From Antechinus flavipes (lineage: Eukaryota): DNA of 64,000 nt. The position numbers were made by a program, and so were the translations under genes. The stretch is taken from positions 553,350,001 through 553,414,000 of the forward strand of contig NC_067398.1 of NCBI RefSeq assembly GCF_016432865.1, given 5' to 3'. Positions 36,030-49,079 of this stretch are shown one piece after another (the stretch's first letter is position 1; each line of letters starts with the position of its first letter). Below the pieces are notes generated by a model. That model was not told where the DNA came from. It did no database searches and was given only the letters and a program-made list of their open reading frames with translations.

Positions 36030-37260
36030 GAGTGACTGAGTATTTATTAATCACTTACAATGTAACAGGTTCCTTGCTAAGCATTTTGGGAATACAAGTA
36101 CAAGCAAACAAGATATTCTTTAACCTCAAGAAGAGTACATTTTAAAGAGAAAAGATAACAATTATGTGAAAAGAACTGGAAAGCTAGAGAGAGTAGAGAT
36201 TATCTCTCTGAAGAAAGGTACCTGGAAAGAAAGTGGAGAAGAAATGCAAAGAATATGTTTAGTAGGAAGTGAACTGAGCACAGTAGGAATTTTTCTGAAA
36301 TGCTGGATCCAATCAAGGGACACCAATCAAAAAAGTGTAATCTCAAGGTAAAGGTTTTTTCCCAGGATAACAAGGCAATTGGTAGAGTATAAAAAAGTCT
36401 AGAGAATGAGTTGAGCAGGGAATGAAATACATATTGGAAAGAGAGGAGACAAAGTAAAGAGACCAATTAAGATGCTACAGAATTTGAATTAGAGCGGTAT
36501 CTTTGCGATTGAATATAATGGGAGGAAAGGTCTAGGAAGATTCTGAGATTATGATACTGGGTAACTGGAAAGGTAGTAATGCCCTTAACAGAAATAAGGA
36601 AATTAGAAAGAGATGTGAATTTGGAGAAAAAGAAAAGTTCTATTTGGGGTGTGTTGAGCTTTAAATGCCTCTATAACATTCAATTGTGAATGTTCACCAT
36701 CTCAGTAGATTACTCTTAAATAAGGGTTCTTAGATAATTGGTGATATGGTACTTAAGCTCAGAAGGGAGATTAGGACTAGTCATATAAATCTAGGCCAGA
36801 AATTCTTACTCTTTTTGTATCATAAACTCTTATGATAAGATGGTAAAGCCTACTACTATTGAGGATTATGACCTATAGTCATAACTGAACAAAAAGCCAA
36901 AATTTAATTAAACTTTCATTAAAATAAAGCTGTATTTTCCTCACAAAAATTTGTGGAATCCTTGACATCTTTCCATGAGGATCCCGGATTAAGAATTTGT
37001 GATCAAAGTGTAATCTGCTTAGATAACAATTGAATCCATGGGACTTAATGAGATCACCTAGATATTCAGTGTAGACAGAGAAGAGGGCCCAGGAAAGAGT
37101 TCTGAGCATAGTCAAATTTAAGATAGTGATCCAGCAAAGGAAATTGAAAAGGAATCATCAGATAGCTGCAGGGAGCACCTAAAGAAAATAATAAAATAAA
37201 ATCCTTAGGAGAGAATTTCCAGGTGTTTAAGAGTCAGACGGTTGCAGAGAGGCCAAGAAA
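36030..37260 (-). mobile_element. L2 fragment interrupted by a MITE
   Basis: 'gggtaactggaaaggtagtaatgcccttaacagaaataagg..tgttgagctttaaatgcct' and 'gataacaattgaatccatgggacttaatgagatcacc'. Confidence 0.8.
36797..37001. mobile_element. hAT/Charlie-like MITE (family B-like) nested in the L2
   Basis: TIRs cagaaattcttact / attaagaatttgtg (12/14 match); degenerate TSD atctaggc / atcaaagt; L2 continues on both sides. Confidence 0.65.
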
Positions 37261-38055
37261 GAGTACTTTTTAAAAAAAATCTTCGTATTTGGAAATTCGG
37301 CAAGCTTCTTTACATATTTCCTTAGAAACTTCCTTCAACTTAAATCAATGAACAACAGAATCAAGAATATTAGAGCAGAAAGAAACTTTAAAGATCATTT
37401 AGACCAAGCCTTTCACTTTAGAGATGATGAAGCTGAAATTCAGAATTTCACAATCACGTAGTTAGTAACACGCAAAAGGAATCCCAATTTCCTCCCTTTT
37501 CTCAACTTGCTATACTGTAAGCTCAGGTCAGCTCTACTTCCTGCAAAATCAATGAACCTCATATAATATTCCAGAAACATATTGAATGGCATCAATCTCC
37601 TTGGACTCATATGCTATGTCAGCAATGGTAATTATGATGCATTTGCCCGGAAAGTGAATGTCTACATTAGTTTCCTTTTGGTAAATGTGATTAATTCAAG
37701 AATTAACCATGGCAGTCCTTCCTTTCTGTTCCTACAAGGGATTAGGAAAGCAGTTAAACTCTTAAGTCTTTGGGATGTACTTGCAAAACACACTTAGGTG
37801 CAATTCTGCCGTCCAGATGGAATAGCTTTAAGGAAATGAATGATTGCTTACAGGCCACAGGATGGTAATTGATATACTCCTCAAGTGTCTTTGACTAATG
37901 TCCTTTGTCTAACATTTCATCTGGTCTGTAATGTGTTCAATTTATCATGTCAGGCTACCTCCACTGAAGGACAAAAGACTGATGAAATAGGACCTTGGGA
38001 GACAAAATGACCTGATCATGTCATGCTAGTAATTTCTCTATTAAAAATAAGTGTG

Positions 38056-38130
38056 TAACATGCCCTAACTGTGCGACCCTGGCCAAGTCACTTAACCCCA
38101 ACTGCCTCAGCAAAAAATAAATAAATAAAT
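38056..38130 (+). mobile_element. 5'-truncated WSINE1 with 11-bp TSD
   Basis: 'gaccctggccaagtcacttaaccccaactgcctcagc' + (AAAT)n; TSD aaataagtgtg at 38045-38055 and 38131-38141. Confidence 0.85.
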
Positions 38131-38714
38131 AAATAAGTGTGATCAGGTTGGTACTGATCTTAAAGCACCATTAATGAGCATGGGATTTAAAAATTAGTCA
38201 ACTGATCCCATTAAGGAAGGGCAGAAGGCAATTAACTATTTTCCTATACAACATGAAAAACAAGTGTTAAAGAAAAAAGCAAGGATAGGTTGAGCTTCAT
38301 TCGTTAACTGAAGGTTCCATTAACTCTTTCTAAAGAGAGCACCTTCTTTGTGCCAATCAACTAACCAATCAATCATTCAATCAACTGACAACATCGATAA
38401 AGTGGGATAACAAAGATCAACATATCTTGGTGTATTGTATATGTGCAACAAGATGGATTTTCACAAAGGGCACCAGTTTATGAATCAAAGAAAAAGATAA
38501 GGGAACCCTGAACTGGCAAAAAAAAAAAAAAAAAAAAAGACAATCTATAAATCAAATATAAGGAGTTACCTTCTCAAACTTGGATAGATTTCAAGAATAA
38601 AAAGGCAACAGTAGTTGCCACATTTTGGGCATGAAATATACAAAAAGACAGAAGAATACTCTCTCTGCCTTACTTGATTTCTCAGCCTTTCAAGGACGTA
38701 GGAATTATACCATC

Positions 38715-38854
38715 CAAAGCTTCTTTATATGTGGGTTACGAGCCACATAACCAAATGTGATTTGTATACTTGTATATACCTATAAACCCAAGATCACATA
38801 AAGAATTTCCCTGGCAAAAAGGGATTGCAAGTGAAAAAAGCCTGAAAAATCCTG
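38715..38854. mobile_element. hAT/Charlie-like MITE (family A)
   Basis: Same body as 9926-10079 ('gatcacataaagaatttccctggcaaaaagggattgcaagt..aaatcctg'). Confidence 0.65.
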
Positions 38855-38989
38855 TTATTCTGGTGTGTGTGCGTGCGCATGGGTGTATTTGTGTAAAACA
38901 GTTGATTTTTTAGTTGGATCAAATAAGCAATGAGGTAACGATTAATCTCTTAGACAAACATTAGAGAAGATACTTATTCCAAGAGAGGA

Positions 38990-39340
38990 GAAAATTCAAT
39001 TCAATGCAAACATTTAATAAACAACTTCTATGTGTAAGGCACTGAGGAGGCAAAGAAAATGGTTATTGCTCTCTAGGAATTAATTCAGCTGGGGGAAATA
39101 CAGCATACACAAAGAAGAGAATTTTTTTTTTTTAAGGAAAGGAGATGTTGGAGCACTAGTGAATGAAAAGATGAGAAAACGCCTCATGTAGGAGTATCTA
39201 AGATGAACTTTAAAGAAAATTAGAGATTATAAGAAGAGAGGTGAGGTGGAAGAATATCATAGGTATGGGTAACAAAGGGAGAAAATGGAATGTCATACAC
39301 AGGGCTCCTTTAGGAGGCTAGTGTGGAAGGAAAGAAAAAT
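38990..39340 (-). mobile_element. L2 3' end
   Basis: 'aaacatttaataaacaacttctatgtgtaaggcactg..ttgctctctaggaatt'. Confidence 0.6.
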
Positions 39341-39399
39341 CAGGAATGCACCTGACAACAAAGGCTAGGACTACCTAAGTGAAATGAGAAGATTTAGTA

Positions 39400-39580
39400 C
39401 AGTTAGTGATTTACATGCATATAGCACTTTTCAAATACAACTGGTACAAATATTATTATCCCCATTTTACTGATGGGGAAAATAAGGGTCAGAGAGGGGA
39501 AACAACTTCCCTAAACTAGTAAGAGTTGAGAGTCAAGTCTTCTACCTTCAAGTCTAGTGAACTTTCCACTTATCCATATT
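39400..39580 (-). mobile_element. MIR
   Basis: 'attattatccccattttactgatggggaaaataagggtcagagaggg'. Confidence 0.8.
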
Positions 39581-39839
39581 ACCTTGGATCTGACCATTCT
39601 GGTTACCTTAATCATTGAAGAAGACACTGATATGATCAGTTTGGCCTTGGGGCAGGGGGTGCAAATGATTCTAGCTTTGAGCTTGTAGGCACAGAGCCAC
39701 ATGCAAAAAGTGCCAAAGAGCTCATTAAGGTGGATAAAGGAGACCTACAGTAAAAGTCCTCAAAGGATATGGTGGATAGAACAAATGCTCTCCCAAACAC
39801 AGCTGCAGGCTGTCAAAATCCCCAGCCACACTTGATGAG

Positions 39840-40070
39840 CAATCGCAGGGAGCAGCAAGTAGAGACAGCCTTCGGTGCCACGAGGGGAAAGCAAGCCCCA
39901 GCTGCATGGCCCTGCGCCACTGCTCTGCTGCCTGCACCTGCTGCTCACCCAGCCCTGCACACTCACCTGATGTCTTCCCCACATCCTGGGAGGCTGTGTT
40001 TGCTTTAATACTCCCCAGGAGGGGAGGAGGGGAGAAGGGCAGGTTCTTTCCAGAAAGAGCATTATATCTG
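39840..40070 (-). promoter_or_regulatory. Candidate promoter and short first exon ending at 39967
   Basis: GC-rich island with CpGs; CCCCTCCTCCCC tract; TATAAT (40062-40067) and TATTAAA (40004-40010); consensus donor CAG|gtgagt; CAGCTG E-boxes just inside the intron. Confidence 0.4.
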
Positions 40071-41344
40071 GAAGGCATACTAAGTCTTACATTGTGGTTA
40101 ATAATAAATCTCTCCTCTTTAAAAAAAAACTCAAAAAGGGCAGTCTTTGGGGAGGTATTAGGAAATGAGCTTATTAATTAATCAGGCACTTCATTGTGGA
40201 GATTCTTATGATCTGATTTCTACTAAGAACATAAACACATTACTCAATGCAACTTTTGCTGGCTTTTTTTAGGTCTCAGTCAGCAGCCAAATAAAATTCC
40301 CTCTTTAATCTTATAGATGATGTTCAATACAGTAAAGCAATCACTTTCTTTGTTTTGGTCCAAGAACTAATCTTCACAAAGAGGCCCTCTGAATGGGTCC
40401 CCTTCTCTCTGAATCATCCCTTCATTTTTTTTGAAAACCATAGACTTTTTCCATCCTCATCTTCTTTTTGACATTTGTCTCTCTATTAAACTTAAGTGGA
40501 TGGCATCCAACCCTTTAAGGATTCTCTCAAAGTGGGTATGCTTCCCTTCTAGAAAGCATCCTTTGCTTGAGTGTACTGATGGGAGCTTAGTTAAAAAAGG
40601 TGAAGTGATGGAGCAGGGATGCCCATCGTTGTTGATCACAACAGAACTCCATAACTTGGAGAGGTGGAATAGGAGTGTGGCAAGAGATTCAATTAAAAAA
40701 AAAATAAGTTCTTTAGAAGAACTCTGGGGTTCTTTAGAAAAAGGCATAAAGGGAGGGACCTTTGCAAAAAGAACCAAGAATTTTGATTCAGAACAACATT
40801 TAGGACCATAGGTCCACAGAATCAGAGTTGAAAGGCATCTCAGAGGGCATCTAGTTCAACCCTCTTATTTTACAGATGAAGGAATTGAGGTTTAGAGTGG
40901 CCAAATGACTTGCCTAAGATTAGACAATAGAGGAAGGATTAAAAGAAATACTCTCTGATTTCAAACTATTTCCCCTATTCCATGTTCATAGTACCTCCCC
41001 TCTTCTCTTATCTCAATAAAAAAGAAAAATGACGTATATTGCTTGATGGTGACTTTTTTTCATTATATCTTTCATATTTAATGTTCATGATAGTCATATT
41101 GCTTCTGGCTTAAAGTATGGCAGATTACAGAGCTTTGAATGCTTGTTGACCCAATAATCAGCTACTTATACTTAAAAACTTATGGGACATGAGTTTAAAA
41201 TCAACCATTAGTACATTTGAACTACATCTCTCTACAATGGATCTAGGTTTGCTATTGTAAATTCTTACCTTACCCAAGTGGAAGCTTCATATTTCTCAAT
41301 ATATTTGCTGTCACATCAAGAAGTAAAGGCCAATTATGTTGAAT

Positions 41345-41560
41345 GTCAAGATATAGAAAAATAACATAATAGATTTTTAATCAGAGGATTTGGGTCCAAA
41401 TCCCTACTCTGACACTTACCAGATATTCAACCATGGATAACTAGCTTCCCTCTTATAGCCTCTGCTTCCCCATCTTTAAAATGAAGCCAATAATACTTGG
41501 ACTATACGCTCCATGGAGCTGTTATAAGGAAAGCACTTTACAAACCTTAACACTTTAGAA
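41345..41560 (+). mobile_element. MIR
   Basis: 'gaggatttgggtccaaatccctactctgacacttacc..ccccatctttaaaatgaag'. Confidence 0.75.
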
Positions 41561-41849
41561 TTCTATTAGCTCTTTATTCCAGAATAAAACTTTAAGACCA
41601 ACTGAACAAGGTTAAATTGAATCAAGAGACATAGAAAGAGTAATACTAGAAATGAAAAATAGCAATTCTATAATTAAAAGATAGGGGAGATTTATTGACT
41701 CCTAGATGTATGACAAAAAGAACCTTATAGGTCAGGTGTCTGTGCTTAGAAAATAGAAGGAATAAACAAAATATGGGGCCAGGAGTGATGGCCAGTCAAT
41801 CAACAGGTCTTCGTTAAATACCTAGGCACTGTGTAGTGGCCTGAAAGCT

Positions 41850-42125
41850 CAGGATAAATCACAAAATCTCATTATCTCAGGGTTGGAAGGGATTTCCTAA
41901 GCCAATTATTCCAATCTATTCTTGACCAGGAATCCCCTTCACAACATACCTAACAAACTGGCCATCCAGTCTTTGCTAGAGGGCCTCCAGTGAAGAAGAA
42001 TCCACTCCCTACCAAGACAGCCTATTCCACTTTTTCATAACTTTGTTAAGTAGTTTTTCTTTATATCCAGTTTATATTTGCTACTTTGCAACTTCTTATT
42101 TGCCCTTCTGGAGCCACAAAAAACA
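41850..42125 (-). mobile_element. L3/CR1 3' end
   Basis: 'gggttggaagggattt..ggccatccagtctttgct..cagcctattccactttt'. Confidence 0.75.
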
Positions 42126-42134
42126 AAATTTAGT

Positions 42135-42720
42135 CCCTCAATGGTATGATTTGGCAGCCAAAAAAGCAAAAGTCAAGCTAGGTTAAATTAAGAAAAATAG
42201 AAGGGGGCAGCTAGGTGACTCAGTGGATAGAGCACTGGCCCTAAAGTCAGGAGGATCTGAGTCCAAATGTGATGTCAGATACTTAATACTTATTACTGTG
42301 TGATCCTATGCAAGTCATTTAACTCCAATTGCCTCAATCCCTCCTCACCACCCCTAAAAACAACAAAATGACTTAAAGCCCAAAAGATGGGTTTGATAGC
42401 CCTACTATATCCTTCTCTATTCAGGTCACATTTAGAGTACTTTGAGTTATGCAATCTTAAGAAATACATAGATAAATAGAGTGTATGCAGAAGGTAACTA
42501 GGATTGTGGAAAGATTAGAGAACACTCCATCAGAGAATCCCTTGAAGGAGGTAGAGACTTTGACTCTAGAGAAAAGAAGACTAGGGGAGGATGGAAAGAG
42601 ACGAAAGCTGTATTGTCACATGCAAGAGAGATTAGATTAATTCTGATTATTCTTTGAGAACACATTGAAAACATGATATTATATACAATATTCTGCACTT
42701 GTGGATCATGATCTCTCCAA
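42135..42720 (+). mobile_element. L3/CR1 fragment with a nested WSINE1-like SINE (42203-42370)
   Basis: 'ggcagccaaaaaagcaaa..' then 'gggggcagctaggtgactcagtggatagagcac', then 'ctactatatccttctctattcaggtcacatttagagtac'. Confidence 0.75.
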
Positions 42721-42779
42721 GGAACTAGAAAGAGATATCTTTTCCTATCTCATCTTTGGGGCCAAGCTTGTTCTTTAAA

Positions 42780-43080
42780 ATTTCACAGCATTCAGTTTCA
42801 GTTTTTTTATGATCATTGTTCTTTCCATTTACATTATTATAGTTACAATATACAGCATATTGTTTTACTGTATCTGTTAACTTTACCTTGCATCATGTAA
42901 CCCTTTCACTCCTTTTTTTAAAAAAAATAAATACATAATGTTTGTCATTTGTCATTTCAGCACAATAACATTCAATTGTATCCATATACCACAACTTTTT
43001 TGACCATTTGCCAAAGCATATAACTTTTTTCTGGTTCTTTGCTATCACAAAAAGTAGTTCAAAATTTTGGTATATATGGA
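42780..43080 (-). mobile_element. Old L1 3' fragment
   Basis: 'cattcaattgtatccatataccacaact..ttctggttctttgctatcacaaaaag'. Confidence 0.65.
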
Positions 43081-43277
43081 GAATGAAAAATTTAGAAGTA
43101 AATAATGTAAATCATGTAGTTTTCATTGCAGTAGGGCAGGAATAAATTTTGAACAAAATATAAAATTATTAGTTTTGATTACATGAAATTTTAAAAGTTT
43201 TGCACAAACAAAATTCATAGATTTAGGAAGTGGTATATTGGTAGGAAATCTTTCCATCAATTATCCCTGATAAGAGG

Positions 43278-43520
43278 ACAGTTAAGTAGCACAGTGGTTA
43301 GAATGCCAGGCCCAGAGTGAAGAGGAATTAGTTCAAACCTGGCCTCAAACATTTAGTAGCTATGTGACCCTAGGAAAGTCAATTAAGTTTGCCTCAGTTT
43401 CCTCATCTATAAAATGAACTGGAAAAGGAAATGGCAAAAAATTCCAGTATCTTTGCCAAGAAAATCATAAAAGGGATCACAGAGTTGGACATAAATGAAA
43501 ATGACTAAACAACAATAATG
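43278..43520 (+). mobile_element. Mar1-type SINE
   Basis: 'ttgcctcagtttcctcatctataaaatgaactggaaaaggaaatggcaaa..agtatctttgccaagaaaa'. Confidence 0.9.
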
Positions 43521-43602
43521 TCTAAGGTATATTGACAACTAACAGAAATTATATTATATCAAAAAGACCTCAGAAAAGAAGCATTCAAACTATATGAACA
43601 AA

Positions 43603-43749
43603 NNNNNNNNNNNNNNNNNNNNNNNNNNNNNNNNNNNNNNNNNNNNNNNNNNNNNNNNNNNNNNNNNNNNNNNNNNNNNNNNNNNNNNNNNNNNNNNNNN
43701 NNNNNNNNNNNNNNNNNNNNNNNNNNNNNNNNNNNNNNNNNNNNNNNNN
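43603..43749. other. Assembly gap
   Basis: N bases. Confidence 1.
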
Positions 43750-46700
43750 ATTAACAACCATATGAAAGAATACTCCCAATCACCAGTGATACTACTACTG
43801 TTAATATTATATAGTGCTTTAAAGTTTGCAAAGTATTTTATGTCATCTCTTTTGATCCTGACAATAACCACGTTAATCCCATTTTGCAGATAAGGTAATT
43901 GAAGCAATTATAGTTAGATCTCAATAAAAGGAAGCAGGAATAGGAAGGATAATAGGAAGATGCTGGATTTCTGAGCTTGAAGAAGAAGCATCATTGGAAT
44001 AGGAAAGGATACAAAAAGGAGATTGGGCATACTAAAGGAAAAAGTCAGTTATTATATTTTCTATTTCCTGTTGTAATTAATTTTTTTTTTAAATCCTGAT
44101 GTGGGTGGTAAAAGTGTAGCAAGATCTTTAAACAATCTACCAAAGAGGATACTCCCAAAAGTGGCAACAAAGGGAGGTAAATTCTGCCTATATGTCCTTT
44201 TAAAGTCTTAAAAGAAAGTGAGAAAGCATAAAAGGGAACCAGTTCCAAAGGTGATAATATGCTTTGTTTCTTCTTTCTTTTCCTTTCCATTTGAATTTTC
44301 ATGACAAGGTGTTACCATGCAGGAATTCTGAGTAGATTCACGTTAGTTCCTCAGGGGAAAGAACCATGATTTAGCTCTTTCTATCTTCATTTTCTATTAA
44401 AATGCCTAAAATATAATAAGTGATCGATAAGTGCTAGTTGACTGCTGACTAATTTGCTTCAGGAAGATGTTTATGTGTCCTTAAAAATGCCAGATATAGG
44501 AAACATTATAGTACAGACAGAATTTCTCCTTCAGTACTTCCAGTCTCCTCTGTGTTTTTCCCATTCCAGTAATGCCATTTTCTGCATCTCAGACATCCAG
44601 AACCAGAACTCTTCTGTCGTCCTCTCTGCCCATGTGGAAACCTATTCTCCATTCTCAAACCATTCTTTCTTACTAAGGTGTGCATGAGTAATAGCAACTT
44701 AAGATATTTTCTTTCCAAGAAGTGTATATATAGGGCCACAACTAATCTATGTATGCATAAGGCCAGTTCTTCTCTTAGCCCTGAAAAGAGATGGGAAGTG
44801 GTCATGGGGACTGTATGAATGGACATATGTGAGTGAAATGAAGCTCACAAGAGTTTAGTTCTAGAACTACAAGGGAAATTAGAGGTGATCTACTCTGTCC
44901 CTCTCATTTTACTTATAAGGAAGTTTAGGTCCAAAGACTACCAATGTGAACTATTGTTTTGTGTCATTTGGATGTATTGCCTTAGAACATAAACTTATAC
45001 AACTCAGGGCTTTTCTAAGATGCCCCTTCTATACACCAAGTGCTCTTGAAACATTGCATAAGAATTTCTGGATGGAATTTATAACAGAGAAAGAGATTCC
45101 TCTCTTTGTGACTCCCTTGGCATTCAAAGGTTATGGTCCTCAAAGCTCTTAAGTAGAGCAGTAAGAGCTGTAAATACAGAGAAATGCAGAGACAGGCATG
45201 AGGGACTGATGCTAACGCTAACATGAGTTAACTTGCTCCAGGAAAGGCGAAGGGGCCCCAGCTTTCTCTACAGTGGGGCTTTCCACCTGGCTTGCTAATC
45301 CTCCTATTTCCACAGTGGCTCTTCTCCTATGGAGTGGACATAGCTCCCTCAGCAGCAACTTGTTGGCTACCCAACTTTGTCCCAGAAGAAGTCTTTTTAT
45401 TCCCAGGCAGACCAAAGTTACAATTGAGTCTGAACTGGCTGCTCTGGCACTGAATTTCTGACCAGCATCTTTTAGGGAATCATTCAAAATGCTCCAGTTT
45501 GATGCAATTGTCTTGGGGAACCCAGATTTCTCTCTGACCAAAGAAAGAACTTTATTTGGTGTGCATTCCTCTGGAACATGATGTCATTCTTGTCCCATGC
45601 CTTGGAATTCTGAAGGGAGGCCACAGGGGTAAGGTTGCAAAGGTTGAAGGACTTAAAAGGCTTAAACAAACAAATGGTCTTCATTACTGGAGAATTTAAG
45701 GAAACCAATTTCCGAAACTTTTACGGGTATAGCCCTCTTTATTTAGATGCCTAGGAATTGTTCCAGTTTACGAGGCATCTTTGGGAGATGGAGGCCACTA
45801 GTGGATGGCTTCTTCTCATGGCATTAATATATAGCAAAATTGAGTTGGGTTTCTTTTTTTTTTTTTCCTAAGTTGAATTGACTATTTAATGAGAGTACTA
45901 GGTATTAAATTGTTGCTTCTAATTTGGAGATGGGAAGTCAGTCTTTACTGTTTACTATAGAAAATAAAATATTAAAAAGGTTATCCTTATAGAAGGAAAC
46001 TTAAATTGAACTGAAATTATTCTCTCTGTACCCTGAATTGCTGTAGGATGGTGAAGAAACTAGGTTGTCACATATAAAGACAATGATTCATCAGCCCAGT
46101 GGATAGAAAGTGAAGAGAATAAATGAGTCACAAAATATTTCTATATTCCATACAATAGAACAGGACTGGACTGCTCAGTGCCCTGGGGGGAAAAACATAC
46201 TGTTATCACTTAGCCAGAGATGAGAAGTAACCAGTGATATCTAGAAACTCTGTCTGTCTATCTGAAATTGTAAAAATTAGCTTGTCCTGACCAAAACAAT
46301 CTACCTCCAAGCTTCAGTGTTCTAAGTTTTAATTCTAGAATCCTATGTCATTTGCTATGGAAGAATTTTTCAATTTCCATTCTAGTCACCATTTATTGTT
46401 TACCCTGAATCTTTAAAACTTGAGTTCAAGAACATCTTTCATACTTCTATAGATGAGGTACTTATCATACAGAATTGCCAGGAGAATTTTGTTTTTAATT
46501 TCTGGCTCATAACCTGACTGTTCTACTCCCTATAGGTCTCAGAATGGGAGAAATAGAGTGATTCAAGGAAAACAGTTTGTAATCAGAAAACCTGAGCTCC
46601 ACCATTTACCAACTATAATTTGGAACATGTCTCTATGCCTATGCTATAAATTGATAACAATAATAATACTTTTATAAGGACATTTCTCTGTTGCATTAAG

Positions 46701-46919
46701 ATACAATATAAGCTATTACTGCATATTCCAAGAATTATTTTTGACTGGAGAATAGTTTAGAAGTAGTTCAATTAGCTTTCCATGTGTTCTGAGAAGTCTA
46801 GGTACTTGTTTGTTTATATGTTTTTGTTTTTGTTTTTTGCTTTCTAGGCCATCGTTCCCAGGGCTTATCTTCCCTAGCAACAAATACTCATGCTAACTCC
46901 ATCTCCAGAATGGCATTAA

Positions 46920-47110
46920 TGGTTGACACCAGGATTTGATAGAAAAAGTCATGAGATCTAAGGTCAGACTCTCCTCAACTTTATAATAATTAATCTTTGT
47001 GGCCTTAGAAAAGTCCTTTCACCTAATCAGGCCTCAGTTTCCTCATCTGTAAAATTAGACCATTATACTAGATAAGATTTAAAGCTCTTTCAGCTTTAAA
47101 GAAATGAATC
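46920..47110 (+). mobile_element. MIR
   Basis: 'ggcctcagtttcctcatctgtaaaattag'. Confidence 0.8.
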
Positions 47111-47459
47111 TCAGATCATGTCCTTCTGTTCCAGACTACCCATTGGCCTTTTCCATTTTTCTAATCTTTATTATAACTCACTCAACTAGACACTAAAATA
47201 GACAAGTAAATTGTAAAATTAAAAGAATATATGATTTTATGATTATAAAGAAAGTGCTGATCTGCATTAGTAGATAAAATTCCTCACTGAGAGCTCTCTA
47301 TACAGATATCATATTCTGATTTAAAGAGGAAAACAAACAAACAAACAAAAACCAATCTCAAAAGTGTCATTAGTAATGTCAATAGTGCATTTACAATATA
47401 GTCAATTTTTAAACGTGGAAGGTTTAGAGAGAGAATGGGAAGAGTAAAATGGAAGAGAA

Positions 47460-48130
47460 TAAGCATTTTTATAGCTCCTACAATGTGTCAGGTCCTTTTT
47501 ACAAATATCTTATTTGAGCCTCACAACAACCCTGTGAGGTAGATATTACTAGCTTCATCTTTATAGATGAGATAAGGCATTCAGAAGTTAAATAACTTGC
47601 CCAGTAAGTGTCTGATGCTCCTCCACATTACCCTTCATACTCTTTGTTGTTATGATGTTTCTTAAAGCTTTTCTTCCCCTGAAAACCCATTATCTTTTTC
47701 TTATGTTATTCCAACCTATTTTTTTTAAATTTTAGAGTCTGAAGGTAGCAGCAAATAGTTTTAAATTACTGACCCATCCCCCCTCTCTTATTGAACTAAA
47801 GACCTTCATCTCCTTAAGAGATGTGAGGAACAAGGTTAAGATCATGTTCTACAAATTACAGCTTTCCCCTGAGACCAGCATCACCTCTTGTAAAAATAAC
47901 ATATTGCATTTCTATAGTGCTTTAAAGTTTACAAAGTGTTTTACATCAGTTACCTCATTTGGTCCTCAAAACAATCCTTTGAGGTAGTTGCTATTATTGT
48001 CTCATTTTACAGATGAGGAAAGTGAGGTTCAGTGATGTTAAGTGACTTGTCCAGGATCGCACAACTTCAGTAGGAGGCAGTGTTCAATACCAGATGTTCC
48101 TGACTCCACATCTAATCCTCTATCAAGTAC
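47460..48130 (-). mobile_element. Two MIR/CORE-SINE copies (about 47460-47620 and 47900-48130)
   Basis: 'cctcacaacaaccctgtgaggtag' and 'cattttacagatgaggaaagtgagg'. Confidence 0.8.
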
Positions 48131-49079
48131 TCTCATTTTGACTCCTATTCTAGCTTTTGTTAATATTTTTTTGGGGGGAGAGGAAGAATGTAATGAATTC
48201 ACACTAGACTGAAAATAGTCTCATGCATTGTACATTGTCTTTTCTCATTAGATTATAAGCACCTTGAAATTAAGGAACTTTTTTTTTCTTATTTGTAACC
48301 ACAGTGCCTGAAACATAGTAAATAATAAATATTTATTTACTAATAATTACTGAAAATGCATACAAGTTTGAAACATCACTAGTCAAGTGCTACAAACTCT
48401 CAAAGGCTCAGCACTCTTGTTCACATTCTTCTTTGACAATCTTGAATCATGATTCTTCAGTTAAAAAAATGGGAGGAGTGTTATATGTGTGTTATTTAAG
48501 AGAGTTGATGTTTTCCATAAGGTAAAATCTATTTTAGTATTTCCCTTTTACTTACCTACCCCCCATGGGACTAAAATACCAGTGCCTTTATGAGCATATC
48601 AACACCAGCACCAAGAATTTCTTGTATATCATAAACACCAAGAGTGATATTCTTGGAGTCACTTGGCAAATGGTAATCACAGGATAAAAGGCCCTTGGGA
48701 GGAATAAGATTCTGCAGCTGGCTTTAACTATTTTTATTACATTTCATTTTCGCCAGAACTAAATCTACCTGTACAGCAAACTTTCTGACCATAAAGCCCA
48801 GGAAGTTAGGGGGGAGGGGGGAAGTGAGGAAAAAGAGGGAGGAATTGGAGAAAGAACTACAAATTGATTAAATACCAAATTGATCTGACAAAAGTCAAAT
48901 AATTATTGTTGGCATCTAACTAGTTGCATTAGGCATTGCAATTATTAAAGAAATAATATATTTAACATTCCTTTTCCCTGTGTAAAGAATATTTCTTTTC
49001 CTTATGACAGGCTTAGGAAGAACTATTAATCTGCTTGTTCATGTTAAATAACTCTCCTTAATATCATAGGGCCCAGGCC

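Noticed and set aside
39725-40181. Four overlapping 79-117-aa ORFs on both strands
   Set aside because: Expected from the locally high GC (few stops); none resembles a known protein. Treated as a regulatory island instead.
40431-40811. 126-aa and 106-aa antiparallel ORFs
   Set aside because: No homology recognised, include A-runs, and no splice or start context.
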